IMG/VR virus record: IMGVR_UViG_3300010413_000020
Span: 1-64,000 of that record
DNA length: 64,000 nt
Source of the DNA: a virus
Direction: 5' to 3' (one strand)
Under the pieces are notes generated by a model that was given only the letters and a program-made list of their open reading frames with translations, did no database searches and was not told the origin of the DNA. A program made the position numbers and the translations under genes. Positions 8,513 through 20,100 of the stretch are shown in pieces; within the stretch, counting starts at the first letter, position 1, and the number at the start of each line of letters is the position of its first letter.

Positions 8513-10678
8513 TTAAGAGGCTTTAAAGAACCTATTAACAAACCTTTGCAAGATTGTAAAGTCATCCGTGATTTTTCGATAACCGAGAGTATCGAGTAAT
8601 TTCTTTCCGTAACCCATTCGCTTTTTGTCTTTATCTTGTTCTATTTTATTCATGCGAGCAGCGTGGGTACCTTCATTAGATGTTCCCGTCCAGACGCGAG
8701 TGTCAAGAATAGCTACAAATCCGCGGTCGCTTTGGGTTCGTATTAACCTACCTACACCTTGTTTCATATCAAATATCATGCTGGGTACCATGACTTGCAT
8801 AAATGACTCTTTTCCCGCCACTTCACAAAGTGCTGCTACGATTGGATCTTTAGGATTTGGAAAAGGCAATTTGGGAATAATAACTAATTTTAAACGATCC
8901 CCTGCGACATCAACTCCTTCCCAAAATGATTTTAATCCGAAGAGGACGCTATGTTCATTCGCTAGATATTCATCAAGAGCTGCGGTAGCTTCTCCTTCTT
9001 GAATAATCAGTCTTACTCCTAAATTGGACCAAACTTCTGGGCCTAACTCTGCGAGCACTTCATTCATGTCTGCTTTAGCAGAAAAGAGGACGAATGCGTC
9101 TCCGTTAGTTGCTCCAACAAGTTGCGCAATCTCATTTGAAATTTCTACAATCCATTGTCTTCGTCTCTCGGGCAATCCCTGATGTGCCGGTAGTGGTAAA
9201 TGTCGCGGCAAATACATAATGGCTTGGTTATCCATATCGAATGGCGACGGATATATTTTTTCAACAATGAGTTCGGGTGTGGCTTTTGCAGTTAAACCCT
9301 GCTGCTTACCAATTCCAAATTTATTTTTAGTATAGGAAAAATCTGTGCCCATAGCGAGAGTGGCAGACATAATAATTTTATGGGATATAGTATTCAAGTT
9401 AGGTCCAATGAAATCACCAATATTAAGTGGTTGAACTTTCATTCCTTGTTCATCCATTGTGGTGATAAAAGAGGTTGCGCTTCCCGCGGAAATGCTAGCG
9501 GAAATACGTTCTGCAAAAGATGTGAGTTGTTCATATTTTTTCTGTAGGCGATTCATTCGACTTAGAATTACTACCAATTCATCAGAGGAGTACATGTCGG
9601 ATATTTCAACATTTCCATTAAAACTGTCGTCCAGGAAATCTTTGACTTCACCCATATTGAGCTTGTTGGTTTCAAGCAGGTTTGTAGCACGCCCATAAAA
9701 TTGATTAAGTTCAGAAACTATATTTGTGGGAGAAATTTTACCTGTATCATCTGAAACTTCGCGAGCTTTACGATGTAATTGTTCGTAAGTTTGTTTGAGT
9801 TCATCTAGAGCATTATTAGTACCTTTGGCGGTTGTATGTCCTAAATCGTCAATTAAGCTTCGGAGCATGTCATCCTTTTGAAATGTATTGCGCAGGCGTT
9901 CCAGGCCCTTGAATGTTACTTCATGGGCATATGCGGAGCGATAAGCTTCTGGTGCTTGATGTGCTTCATCGATGATAAGCAAATTGTACGGTCCTAATAG
10001 GGTGCCGGGATTTAGCCGCATATCTAGAGCTAGCAAGTGATGATTAGTGATGACCAAGTTATCATTTTTAGGTGTGGGTTTGCATATTCCTGCAAATTCG
10101 CAATTTTTGAGCACACAATTATCCACAGAAATTTGCGACCACCACCAAGGATAAGACCCTTTCCATTTAGCTACGTCCGCGGGATGTCCCTCAATTCGGG
10201 CTTGATTAATAAACTGAGCATAGTCATTCCGATATTCTGAGGGGACAGCTTTGACTAATCTCCAACAACCATAATTTGCTTTACCTTTATAAACACTGAA
10301 TCTAACTTTACGTCCCATTTTTTCAATAAGAAAGGGAACATCTTTATTCGCTAATTGATCCTGCAATGTTTTCTTGGCTGTTGCAATGATGATACGTTTA
10401 TTTTCTGCCAATAGGGAAGGGATAAGATAGGCAAAACTTTTGCCGATTCCTGTTCCTCCTTCGGCCAGTAAAACTCCTCCGGCTTCAGTATTCAAAATAG
10501 TTTCTACATCTTCACCTAAAGCAATTTGTGTTGGACGAATTTCTTTGTTGATTCCAAATTTTCCATGTTCCAAAATATCGCGTACTTGAGGTGTTAAAGG
10601 AGAACCGCACATGGCGCAATTAATTAGGTTTGGGGCTTTATTATATGGAATCAGTATGGCGCACTTTGGACAACGCAT
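8513..10678 (-). CDS. dinG: DinG/YoaA-family SF2 helicase with N-terminal Zn ribbon
   Basis: Q-motif RPTQ, GGTGIGKS, DEAH, SAT, FWEGVD, QGVGRLIR. Confidence 0.92.
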   Translation of the reverse strand: MRCPKCAILIPYNKAPNLINCAMCGSPLTPQVRDILEHGKFGINKEIRPTQIALGEDVETILNTEAGGVLLAEGGTGIGKSFAYLIPSLLAENKRIIIATAKKTLQDQLANKDVPFLIEKMGRKVRFSVYKGKANYGCWRLVKAVPSEYRNDYAQFINQARIEGHPADVAKWKGSYPWWWSQISVDNCVLKNCEFAGICKPTPKNDNLVITNHHLLALDMRLNPGTLLGPYNLLIIDEAHQAPEAYRSAYAHEVTFKGLERLRNTFQKDDMLRSLIDDLGHTTAKGTNNALDELKQTYEQLHRKAREVSDDTGKISPTNIVSELNQFYGRATNLLETNKLNMGEVKDFLDDSFNGNVEISDMYSSDELVVILSRMNRLQKKYEQLTSFAERISASISAGSATSFITTMDEQGMKVQPLNIGDFIGPNLNTISHKIIMSATLAMGTDFSYTKNKFGIGKQQGLTAKATPELIVEKIYPSPFDMDNQAIMYLPRHLPLPAHQGLPERRRQWIVEISNEIAQLVGATNGDAFVLFSAKADMNEVLAELGPEVWSNLGVRLIIQEGEATAALDEYLANEHSVLFGLKSFWEGVDVAGDRLKLVIIPKLPFPNPKDPIVAALCEVAGKESFMQVMVPSMIFDMKQGVGRLIRTQSDRGFVAILDTRVWTGTSNEGTHAARMNKIEQDKDKKRMGYGKKLLDTLGYRKITDDFTILQRFVNRFFKAS

Positions 10679-11244
10679 TTGGGTTTCGCTCCTTTCGAAA
10701 TACGCAAGGCATTTCGGATGTGATTAGTGAAAGCTTTTTCTAGCTCTCCTCCTCGGTTTCTGCCCAGATAGGCAGGATGGCAAGATAGAATAGCATAAAA
10801 TTTTCCTGTCTTGATGATTTTCCCCATATTTTTCAAAACACTTATCTTGGTTGGGGATTCGTTTAAAATAAATGCTTGGGCATAGCGACCGAAAGCCACT
10901 ATTACCTTAGGCTGTACAACGTTTAATTGAGTTATGAGAAATGGCTTACAGTTAGAGATTTCCTCTATTGTGGGATCTCTATTCTCGGGAGGACGACATT
11001 TTAAAACGTTCAATATATGATAATCTTTATTTCGTTGGAGGCGTGCTTTGAAGGCTGCGGCTTCGAGGATATCTCCAGCCATCCCATAGAAGGGGATACC
11101 TGTTTCATCTTCTCTACGACCAGGAGCTTCTCCAAGGAAAACAATAGGACAGGGAACCGGTCCTTCACCGATAACTACGTTTGTTCGGTGTTGCGCCAAT
11201 TCGGCGCATTTTTTGCATCTCTCTATTTTAGCGGTGAGTTTCAT
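10651..11244 (-). CDS. uracil-DNA glycosylase, family 4
   Basis: CKKC Fe-S ligands, GEAPG..ED..G.PF.G.AG, NVLKCRPPENRDP, HPAY. Confidence 0.92.
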   Translation of the reverse strand: MKLTAKIERCKKCAELAQHRTNVVIGEGPVPCPIVFLGEAPGRREDETGIPFYGMAGDILEAAAFKARLQRNKDYHILNVLKCRPPENRDPTIEEISNCKPFLITQLNVVQPKVIVAFGRYAQAFILNESPTKISVLKNMGKIIKTGKFYAILSCHPAYLGRNRGGELEKAFTNHIRNALRISKGAKPKCVVQSAPY

Positions 11245-11335
11245 CTGTGAGCCCTTTCGTTTTACTGGTGATACGCCTTCCTTATACCAGCCTTTTTGTG
11301 TATAGTCGGATTAACAGACCATAAGGAGGTTAGTT

Positions 11336-11968
11336 ATGACAGATCGTATGAAACCCACAGAGGCCCCGCTGATTGGGGATTTCCAAGGACCCCAAGGGAA
11401 TAAACCTCGGCAGTCCCGCGAGATTGAAAATTTGGAGGATTTACAACGTAATGTATTAGAAAAGGATACGGAGAGTAAACCTGAACTTCCTAAAAAAGCT
11501 CCTAAAGATCCAGTGCAAGCGTATAAAGAGCAACTAAAAGAAAATGGCCTTACGATAGAAAAGGCTCGAATTATTCGGGACAACATGCTTTTTAATCATT
11601 TCCATGAAGAAACTTACATGTTGGGAAATAAGTTACCGGTGGTTCTTCGAACCAGAGTATACGGAGATGCTCAGCGAGCTATGCGAAGATTAGAGGTAGA
11701 GGCTCCGTCTTATGCTATGGCTATTAATGATTTAGTGGCGCACTGTAATATGGCGGCTTCTTTAAGTAAGTATGGGGATACAACTTTCAAACTATATACC
11801 CCTAAAGATAAGGCTTCAGATGAAGATATTGAAAAATCATTTGAAGAGCGTTCAAAGTTTTTAGTTCAACTACCGACTACTCTTTTAGACCGTATTATGC
11901 AGTATGCCGAAAAATTTGATTTGATGATTGCTGCTGTTTTTGCTGACGGGGCCCCCGAGGATTTTTAA
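11336..11968 (+). CDS. putative tail assembly chaperone (G-like)
   Basis: Position upstream of the tape measure; ends in slippery GGATTTT-TAA. Confidence 0.6.
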   Translation: MTDRMKPTEAPLIGDFQGPQGNKPRQSREIENLEDLQRNVLEKDTESKPELPKKAPKDPVQAYKEQLKENGLTIEKARIIRDNMLFNHFHEETYMLGNKLPVVLRTRVYGDAQRAMRRLEVEAPSYAMAINDLVAHCNMAASLSKYGDTTFKLYTPKDKASDEDIEKSFEERSKFLVQLPTTLLDRIMQYAEKFDLMIAAVFADGAPEDF

Positions 11969-12333
11969 CGACGGCAGCGGGACAAGTTAGAGCATATTGT
12001 TTGCTATATGGAATCCCGCTGCCACAGATAGGTACTTTTGAATTTTATATTCTTCTTGAGAGCATTAAACGTAAGAAACGCGAAAAGGCAGCATTTGCTA
12101 AACTCATTACAGAGTTAGCTATCGAAAGTGGATTAGTACAACGGGAAGCAGCAACACTATTACTTATAGAATACGAAGAAGAATTACACCAATTCAAGTA
12201 TAATTACAAATATGTACCTGTAGGACGACGTTTGAAAACTGTAGAAAAAGAGAGGGAGACTGCGGATTTACAGATACTCAAAAAAGTTTCTGGTCTCACC
12301 GTGAAAGATAACGATGCCGGACGACCAAAATAA
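11959..12333 (+). CDS. putative tail chaperone frameshift extension (GT-like)
   Basis: The -1 frame is open from 11947; TTG 12001 has no clear RBS. Confidence 0.55.
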   Translation, partial: GFLTTAAGQVRAYCLLYGIPLPQIGTFEFYILLESIKRKKREKAAFAKLITELAIESGLVQREAATLLLIEYEEELHQFKYNYKYVPVGRRLKTVEKERETADLQILKKVSGLTVKDNDAGRPK

Positions 12334-15300
12334 TTATAATCCTATGCAGGCAAATTTGGGTCTTATACCTAACCAGGGACCTATCGGGATGCCGACACCT
12401 TCTCCTGCAGATACTGCATTACGTCTTACTGAACAGGCAAATGCACAACTAGAACATGCTCGTTCTATGACCGCTGCTGCGTCTGCTTTTGGTGAACAGT
12501 TTCGTCAACAGTTTCAAATGATACAACGACAACAGTCGATGTCACCCTATGCTGCACAAATGTTGGCACAAAATATGCCAGGAACTCCGCAATATCGAGG
12601 GGGAATGTTACCATCACCTTTAACGATGACTCCTGCTACAACAGGGGTTTTTCGACCTCCACCGCAAGCCCCAACATTTGCGCCTGTTCCTCCAATGTAT
12701 GTTCCTCGATTTGATACTCCTATAACGCCCCGAATGCCGCGTCCAATGTTTCGTTCTCCTTATGAGCAAGAAATGGAAGCTCAGGATGTTCGAGCAGATC
12801 GTTGGGCAGCGGGAGGGGCGCAGATACCTAACTTTGCAGCGCAAGCAGCGACTATCGCAGGAGGTGCCTGGGCGGGACGGCATCTTATGGGGCGTATGGG
12901 ATTAGGTGGTCGTTGGGGTGGTTTAGCGGGTTTGGCTCTTGGAGCGGCAGGAACAATGGCTGCGGGTATCCCGGAAGCTGTGGGCAATATTGCCAACTTT
13001 GCTATGCGGCCTTTTAGGGAACGACAGGAGATGGGGGCTGCAATGCAGCGAATGTCTCGTGATTGGGTTGTTACGGGACCACAGTTACATCCTTTAGGCC
13101 GAGGATTAACGCGAGAAGCTGCAGTTGAATTCGGAGGAGCGGTACGGAATCTTGCGGGGGACCAAGGGTTTCAACAACAAACTGGAGAAATGTTCAATCG
13201 TCAGGATTTGATGAACATTACGCGGCAAGGAGGACGTGCAGGTCTTTTCGATATGGCACAGTCAGTTCCTCAGATTCAAAATCAACTTCGACAAACGGCT
13301 ATAACTATCCGACAGTTTATGGAACTGACAAATGACCCCGATGTTTCTAATGTCATTCGGCAGATGGGACAGTTGCGCCAATTCGGTATGACGCAGCAGG
13401 AAATGTTAACCGCAGCTCAAGGAATGCGTACTTTTGCGCGGGCCGCAGGAACTACTATTGGTGGAATCCAACAAATTGGGGGATTACCGGGAGCGATGAC
13501 ATTTCAACAAGCAGGACTTACTCCTGGAACAGGTTTTCAGTATGGTAATTTTGCTGCAGCATCTGCTCGACAACTTGTAGCGGCTGGCGGGGTTAATCCT
13601 CGTCAATTGGCTTTATTAGGAGGAGTTCAAGGAATTGCTCAGCGAGATATTCAAGCCCAGGCAGCGTTAGGTTCTATGCCGTTGTACGGTGCTGCTATGG
13701 CGCAATATGGACCGCAAGGTTGGGGGGTGAACACGGGCGCGGTAGGACAACGTGGAGGTGGTGCTTTTGGAATGGTTCAGGGCGCGATTGGTGCTATGAA
13801 TCAAGCAATGCAACAAGGAGGACTCGGGGCACTTGCTTCATTCCCGTTGTCTCAACGAGAAATTCAGGATGAAGCACTTTCTAGAATGACTCCTCAACAG
13901 CAGATGGCGCAACGTTTTCAGATGGCAATGACAACGGGTCAACAATTGGGACTTCGTGGTCGTGGCGGATTTGCTGCGGGAGCTCGTATTCTTTTTGGTG
14001 ATGAAGTTGCTACTCAGATGATGCATCAAGCGGAGAGTCCCGGATTCTGGAGAGGTCAACGTCAAATAATTCAGCGACAACAACAAGAATTAGCATTTCA
14101 ACAACGTCAACAGATGTTGGCAGCTGCTCCTTTCTTAGGAGGTATTCCTAGAGATATTGCTGCAGCTACTGGGATTACAGGTGCGGCACGAGGAATTGGG
14201 CGTGCTTTTGAAGATATGCGCGAAGGAATAGGAGAGGCAGGAGCTGCAGTAGGTGGTGTTGTTGGAGAAATAGGGGGATTATATCGGGAATGGGAGGCGG
14301 GGCAACGAGGAGTAATGCGGCGGGAACTTACATCTGGAGCAGGAGGGCCTGCTGCGGGAGTTCGAGCGCGAGCAGAAGGTGGAGGTAATTTCAGAGATTT
14401 AGTTAAGGCGCAGCAGCGCGGAGAATTTTGGAGTGATAAAGGAGCTCAAAGTCTTGATACATCCGCGCAAGCTTTAATGAATGCTGTTAATCTTAAAGAG
14501 CGGGGAGTACCGGGAGCGGTAGCTGCAATGGGTGGGCCTTTCGAAATATTAGGAACAACAATGCCCGAAACCGGAGCGATGATTAGTTCTTATGCTCGCT
14601 ATACGGCGGATGAACAAGAGAAGCGAAATGTTTTGCGCGGGTATATTACTGAAGCTTCTAGGACTCTCAATATCATCGATGAATCCAAAGTAATTGGCGG
14701 GCGCGAAGAGAATGTCGCTAAAGTAGAAACGGCTATTGAAAAAGCTCTTGGGTCAAAATCAGGAATTAAAGGATACGACGTTATTAGAGCTGCGGGAAGA
14801 AAACTCGATGAGATGGTATACAATCGAGGAAAATACGGAGAGAACATAACACAAGCGGATAGACATCGAGCAATAATAGAAGGAATAATGGAAGCTTCGG
14901 GAGGAAAAGTAGATATAAAAAGGGCTAGACAATTAGCTGCTAAAATAGGTTCTCAGCCCCATTTATTGCATGACATGGAAGTTCAGGTAACTCATTATGC
15001 TCGGCAGGATGCGTTAGACCCTTCTTTATACGTTGGACAGGAAGAGGATCATAGGGCGTCTGTATTTAAACAAATAACTAAAGCAACAAATCAGCGTGTT
15101 GAGTCTCTCCAAAATCAAATAGAAACGATGGAAGAGAAGTTGGATCTTGATCCTTTTATGGGGTATTACAGCGAAGAAGAAGAGAAAATTCAGAAATTAG
15201 CAGCGGGATGGGGAGGTAAAGGTACGGCAATTCGTGCTATGGCATTATTAGCTGAGACTGGAGATATGACGGCAGAAGAACGGCGTGCTAATCAGAAAAA

Positions 15301-15988
15301 GTGGAGAGCAGTAGCCGACAAATATAAGTTGACCAGTAAAGAACGCCGAGATGCGGAGAATGAAGCTCGACAATTCGCTGCAAAAAATACTGATATTGCC
15401 GATAGATTACGAGAAGCCGCAAAAGCGGGTACCGTACAACAATTAGAAAGATACGGTATAACTCAGCAAGAAATAGGAATTCAGTCTGCTTTTTCTAGTA
15501 AAGGTTTTATGGGAGAATTTGCTCCTTATTCTGAAAAACTTCCTGGATTTATGGCTACTGCAACAGAGCCAGGTGCCGTATCCGCAAGGTCAATTGCACA
15601 ACAATTTACGGACCCTGAGTTAGCAGAGATGGCAAGAACTGGAGGAGCAAAAGGTCGGCGTTGGGCCGCTATTTTTAGAAAAGCTAAGGGAACTGGGGAG
15701 GAAGCTACCAAAGCGCAAGAACTTATTACTCGAGAAGCTGCACGACAAAGTGAGATTAGTGAAAAAGGGGTGGAAGAAGCAGCAGCGATGACTTCTGAAG
15801 AAAGAATAGAGAAGTGGCAAGGAGGTAAAGGCAAAGGACTTGCCGCCTCTGATCGCGCTATGGCCGATATGCAAGCTGTATTTTCTGAATTTGGTACGGC
15901 AGTACAAGTTTTCGCTCAAGGGTCTCAACGATTACAGCAGGCTATGAATTCTGAGATGGCTAATAATCTCGCCAAAGGAGGCACCTAA
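12314..15988 (+). CDS. tape measure-like protein
   Basis: 1224 aa, Ala/Gly/Gln-rich and helical, between chaperone-like and baseplate genes. Confidence 0.65.
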   Translation: MPDDQNNYNPMQANLGLIPNQGPIGMPTPSPADTALRLTEQANAQLEHARSMTAAASAFGEQFRQQFQMIQRQQSMSPYAAQMLAQNMPGTPQYRGGMLPSPLTMTPATTGVFRPPPQAPTFAPVPPMYVPRFDTPITPRMPRPMFRSPYEQEMEAQDVRADRWAAGGAQIPNFAAQAATIAGGAWAGRHLMGRMGLGGRWGGLAGLALGAAGTMAAGIPEAVGNIANFAMRPFRERQEMGAAMQRMSRDWVVTGPQLHPLGRGLTREAAVEFGGAVRNLAGDQGFQQQTGEMFNRQDLMNITRQGGRAGLFDMAQSVPQIQNQLRQTAITIRQFMELTNDPDVSNVIRQMGQLRQFGMTQQEMLTAAQGMRTFARAAGTTIGGIQQIGGLPGAMTFQQAGLTPGTGFQYGNFAAASARQLVAAGGVNPRQLALLGGVQGIAQRDIQAQAALGSMPLYGAAMAQYGPQGWGVNTGAVGQRGGGAFGMVQGAIGAMNQAMQQGGLGALASFPLSQREIQDEALSRMTPQQQMAQRFQMAMTTGQQLGLRGRGGFAAGARILFGDEVATQMMHQAESPGFWRGQRQIIQRQQQELAFQQRQQMLAAAPFLGGIPRDIAAATGITGAARGIGRAFEDMREGIGEAGAAVGGVVGEIGGLYREWEAGQRGVMRRELTSGAGGPAAGVRARAEGGGNFRDLVKAQQRGEFWSDKGAQSLDTSAQALMNAVNLKERGVPGAVAAMGGPFEILGTTMPETGAMISSYARYTADEQEKRNVLRGYITEASRTLNIIDESKVIGGREENVAKVETAIEKALGSKSGIKGYDVIRAAGRKLDEMVYNRGKYGENITQADRHRAIIEGIMEASGGKVDIKRARQLAAKIGSQPHLLHDMEVQVTHYARQDALDPSLYVGQEEDHRASVFKQITKATNQRVESLQNQIETMEEKLDLDPFMGYYSEEEEKIQKLAAGWGGKGTAIRAMALLAETGDMTAEERRANQKKWRAVADKYKLTSKERRDAENEARQFAAKNTDIADRLREAAKAGTVQQLERYGITQQEIGIQSAFSSKGFMGEFAPYSEKLPGFMATATEPGAVSARSIAQQFTDPELAEMARTGGAKGRRWAAIFRKAKGTGEEATKAQELITREAARQSEISEKGVEEAAAMTSEERIEKWQGGKGKGLAASDRAMADMQAVFSEFGTAVQVFAQGSQRLQQAMNSEMANNLAKGGT

Positions 15989-16200
15989 TGGTTGATACTC
16001 GTTTGCGATACACGTTACCTCGAGCTGAAAATTTCTTGAGCATCGTAGCAATAAATATTATTAGCAATCTGATTAATACGAATGAAGGAAAAATTACAGT
16101 GGCTCCGCTAGTTCAAAGGGCTTATAGTATTGTAAATGAAACAGGTGTAATCCCTTACAAGGATTATCTGGCTGATGTAGAGTTTTTACCGGAGCAGTAG
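15988..16200 (+). CDS. hypothetical protein
   Basis: 70 aa; GGAGG RBS; TAATG coupling. Confidence 0.65.
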   Translation: MVDTRLRYTLPRAENFLSIVAINIISNLINTNEGKITVAPLVQRAYSIVNETGVIPYKDYLADVEFLPEQ

Positions 16201-17121
16201 ATGGCGAGTCAACCGGGTTTAGGAATTTCAGATAGATTTATCGAGTATATGCTCGATGGGGCTATGTACGGTGCTTCTCGTGGTCGTTTACAAAATGCTT
16301 ATGGAGTACATTCGGCTTGGCCTTTTATGTCTCCTAAATACGCTAAACATAAAGCTGGCAGAAATCATGAATTCGAAGATACGATGGCCCGGATGTTCAT
16401 CCAGGTTCCCCCTGATTTATACACAAAGTTCCTCGCATCCCTAGAAGATCCCGAAACTGAAAAAATTGCGAAAATTTTGACTGGTGACGATATTAAACAA
16501 GGAGGAGTCGGTTATTTAGATTTCTTTCTTCAAAATGCTACACATTCTTTTAATGAGAAAGTACAGGTAGTTGAAACTCTGTCTGATAGCTATGTAGCAT
16601 TTTTCTTTGGGCATAGTGCCCCCATTTTTAGTTACCAAGGAACCTTAATGAATACGTATCAGGATGATTGGACGATGCGTATGTTTCGTATTTTTCGTGA
16701 TCTGGGAAGAGGAACACAATTAGCTAAACGTGGTTTTGTATTGCGTTTGCGTTATGATTCCATGATTGTTTCTGGGGCTATGGTTAATTTTCAATGGAGT
16801 TTACAAGCAGGACAAGAGATAGCGTGTCCATTTTCGTTTAATTTGTTAGTTAAAAACATTCAGATAATTTACGGTGGATTAGCTCAACCTACAGATCTGA
16901 TAAATGAAAAACATTTTGCTCCTGAAGGATTTCATTTAGAAGATACAGGACAAACAAATAATCCTGCTTCGCAAACTTATTTAGGTTCTCCCCCTGGGTC
17001 TCCTGAAGGAGTCTCGGAAGCCACGTCGGAAGGTGAAATCGGTGCAGGGGGCGTAGATATTGATACAGATATAGATGCTACAGGAACTTATTATGAAGAC
17101 CCTGATAGAGATGAAGATTAG
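16201..17121 (+). CDS. putative tail/baseplate structural protein
   Basis: 306-aa beta-rich ORF in the tail module. Confidence 0.5.
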   Translation: MASQPGLGISDRFIEYMLDGAMYGASRGRLQNAYGVHSAWPFMSPKYAKHKAGRNHEFEDTMARMFIQVPPDLYTKFLASLEDPETEKIAKILTGDDIKQGGVGYLDFFLQNATHSFNEKVQVVETLSDSYVAFFFGHSAPIFSYQGTLMNTYQDDWTMRMFRIFRDLGRGTQLAKRGFVLRLRYDSMIVSGAMVNFQWSLQAGQEIACPFSFNLLVKNIQIIYGGLAQPTDLINEKHFAPEGFHLEDTGQTNNPASQTYLGSPPGSPEGVSEATSEGEIGAGGVDIDTDIDATGTYYEDPDRDED

Positions 17122-17156
17122 CAGCCTTTACTGAAAAAAGACATTGGAGGATTTGA

Positions 17157-20100
17157 ATGTCTGCACTTTTCAAAATAGACCAATCGGGATTACCCGCAGG
17201 AATTTACGGGCGAGCTCGTCAAGATTTATCAATCGGAAGTACCATAACTTTTACTGCGGAAGATGCGAGCCCTCCAATTTTTACCTATTTATGGGAACTG
17301 ATTAGTGAACCTCCGGGTTCTACGGTTGTAGTAGGTACTCCAACTGCTCAGAGTTGTACGGTCACATTATCTGAAACCGGTGGCTATCTTATGCGGCTTA
17401 CTGTGGATGCAGGGTTACCTAGTGAAGATATCCAGGTTTTATATTTTGGTGTTGCTCTTGCGGGTAGTGGTCTTTGTATCCCAGCTTTCAACGAAACTTA
17501 TTTCGACAATAGTCAGCCTCCATATACGGGAGAGCGTGGATATGAAGAAAAACTGACAAACTGGATTAAATGGGTTGATGGAAATTCAGGAAAAGGAATT
17601 CGGAAACCCAAAGTCATCGATATAGTAGATTGTACCCAACCACCACCGACTGAAAACGATGGCGATAGGTACATACTGGATAATACTCTTGGAACTATCG
17701 ATGCAGGGTGGGATGGCGGTGACCGAACCAACATCATGCAGTACGACCTCGCTACCGATACTTGGAGTGCCGAGGTACCTGAAGAGGGTTGGAGATGTCT
17801 TGTTGATGCCTTAAATACCGACGCCGTATTTGTTGACGATCCTCCTACAGCGGCTTATTGGGAAGTTCAACCGATAGCTTCCAATCTATGGACAACCGCT
17901 GCGGGAACCAGCGCGATAAAACGAACAGATAATACAACGGGCACTGCCGCGGGGGATTACGCTGTAAATGCCGGATGGGGTGGACAAGCGGATGCGGATT
18001 ATTCTTTTCATGGTGGCAATAGTTGTATAATAGATAGTGGGTCTATTAATACCGCAGTCTTTGGATATAATAACATCCTTGGCGGAGTAATTGGTTCTCC
18101 TAATAGCATAATTACCGGTCGAAATAATATTGTTAGTGGTGCTGACGATCACGGCACGCCTAGAGGAGATAATGCTGTATTCGGTTCGGACAATGACGTA
18201 CTTGAAGGAGGGAATGTTGTTGGAGGGTCTCAGAATATAGCTCGTCAGGGATACGTTGCAGTCTTTGGTTATGGCAACAATGTTCAAAGTAATTGTTCTC
18301 TTGTTGGTGGTATTTTCAATGATGTAGATGGATATGACAATTTTGTAGCCGGTGATGGTAATGAGGTGTACTCAGCACAGTGTGGAGCTATTGGTGCATT
18401 TAATGTTATAAACGCATCTTGCGATAAGTCTTTTGTTGGTGGTTCGGAAAATATACTAGGCAATTCTGTAGCATCTGAATATTCATTTGTATACGGTAGA
18501 AACAATGATGTTGATGCAGATTCAGTTGGACTTGCTGGATTTAATGTAGTGATCGCCAGGTCGTGTAATGTAGATGGTGACTACAATGCAGTATTTGGAT
18601 ACAATCATACAGTTCCGTCTGATTATTCCGCAGTATTTGGTTATCAGAATTCGCTGACAAAAGATCCAGTAACATTGCTTGGAGGAAGCGTTGTTGGTGG
18701 TCGGAGCAATACTGTTACTGGTGATTACAATACGGTTGTTGGATACAATAACAGTGTTGGGCAGACGACTCCCGGTTTAGGTTTATTTGTTGGAGGGCAA
18801 AGCAATATCGTTAATGGCGTTTTGGCCAAGGGAGAATACAAGGGATGGACCTTTGTTATGGGCCAAGGCAATGATGTATCGATGAATGAAGGAATTGTCG
18901 CGGGGTCTAGCAATATAGTGTGGTCAACTAACCCTGTCAGAAACACAGCGGTATTTGGAACGAGTAATTGGGTTGGGGCTTATTCAGATCCGGCAGGAAA
19001 TTGCATCGTTGCGGGTGAGCAGAATGACATTGACGGCATGTATAATTCTGTCTTTGGGTATGCGAATTTAGTGGTCGGATATTGGAATGGCAATCTGGTT
19101 GGTGGTGAATATAACGAGGTAAATGGAAACGACAACTTAGTCGGTGGTGTAAGCAATTCTGTTACGTTGTCGTCTAATATAGTTGCTGGTAGTTACAATG
19201 ATGTAGATGGTGATTGGTGCGCTGTTTTTGGGTCTGGAAATACGGCTGGAGGTGCAGGAGCAACAGGATATTCTGTAATCGCTGGATCTGGAAATACCTG
19301 GGGCACGTATTACAGCGTAGTGTTCGGGGAAAGCAATACGATAGGAGCAACGTATCTTTCAGGGCATTCGTTGGTGCATGGCTACAATAACAGCGTTGAG
19401 GGCGATTCTGTAAATGAGTACGGATACAATTACGTCTTTGGAAATTCCCATGACGTTGATGGCGATTACAACGCAGTTTTTGGGTATAGTCACGATGTAA
19501 ATAATAATTATTGTGCTGTATTTGGAAATGACCATACGATTGGAGCTACGATTGCTTCTGTTGGTTCTGTGGTTGGTGGGTATAGCCATGATGTAGATGG
19601 AGGATTTGGACCAGGAGTGCATGGTTATAACACTGTTTTTGGGTATGACCACAACATAGATGGAGATATGAATGGTGTATTCGGTAGGTCACATACGATA
19701 ATTGGTCATTCCAATCTAGTTGGTGGTTCGACTCATACGATTTCTGGAGTTGTACATCTTTGTGTTATTGGAGGTGAACTACACACGATCAATACAGGGT
19801 CATTACGCTCTGCTATTTTTGGAAGTCAAAATACGATTGGTGCGACATATGGAAGTCCAGCATCGTTGATCGCTGGTGGTTTCAATACAGTAGATGGGAG
19901 TTCTAGTATTGTTGGATACAACTGTGTAGTTGCCTATGCAGCCGACGTTGATGGCGATTACAACGCAGTGTTTGGAAGTGATCAGACGGTTGCTGGCGAT
20001 TACAATGCCGTATTTGGATATAGTCATGTTGTGCCAGTAGATGCATCGGCGGTATTTGGATACGATCATACATTGGCTTCAGGATCGGACTACTGTCTTG

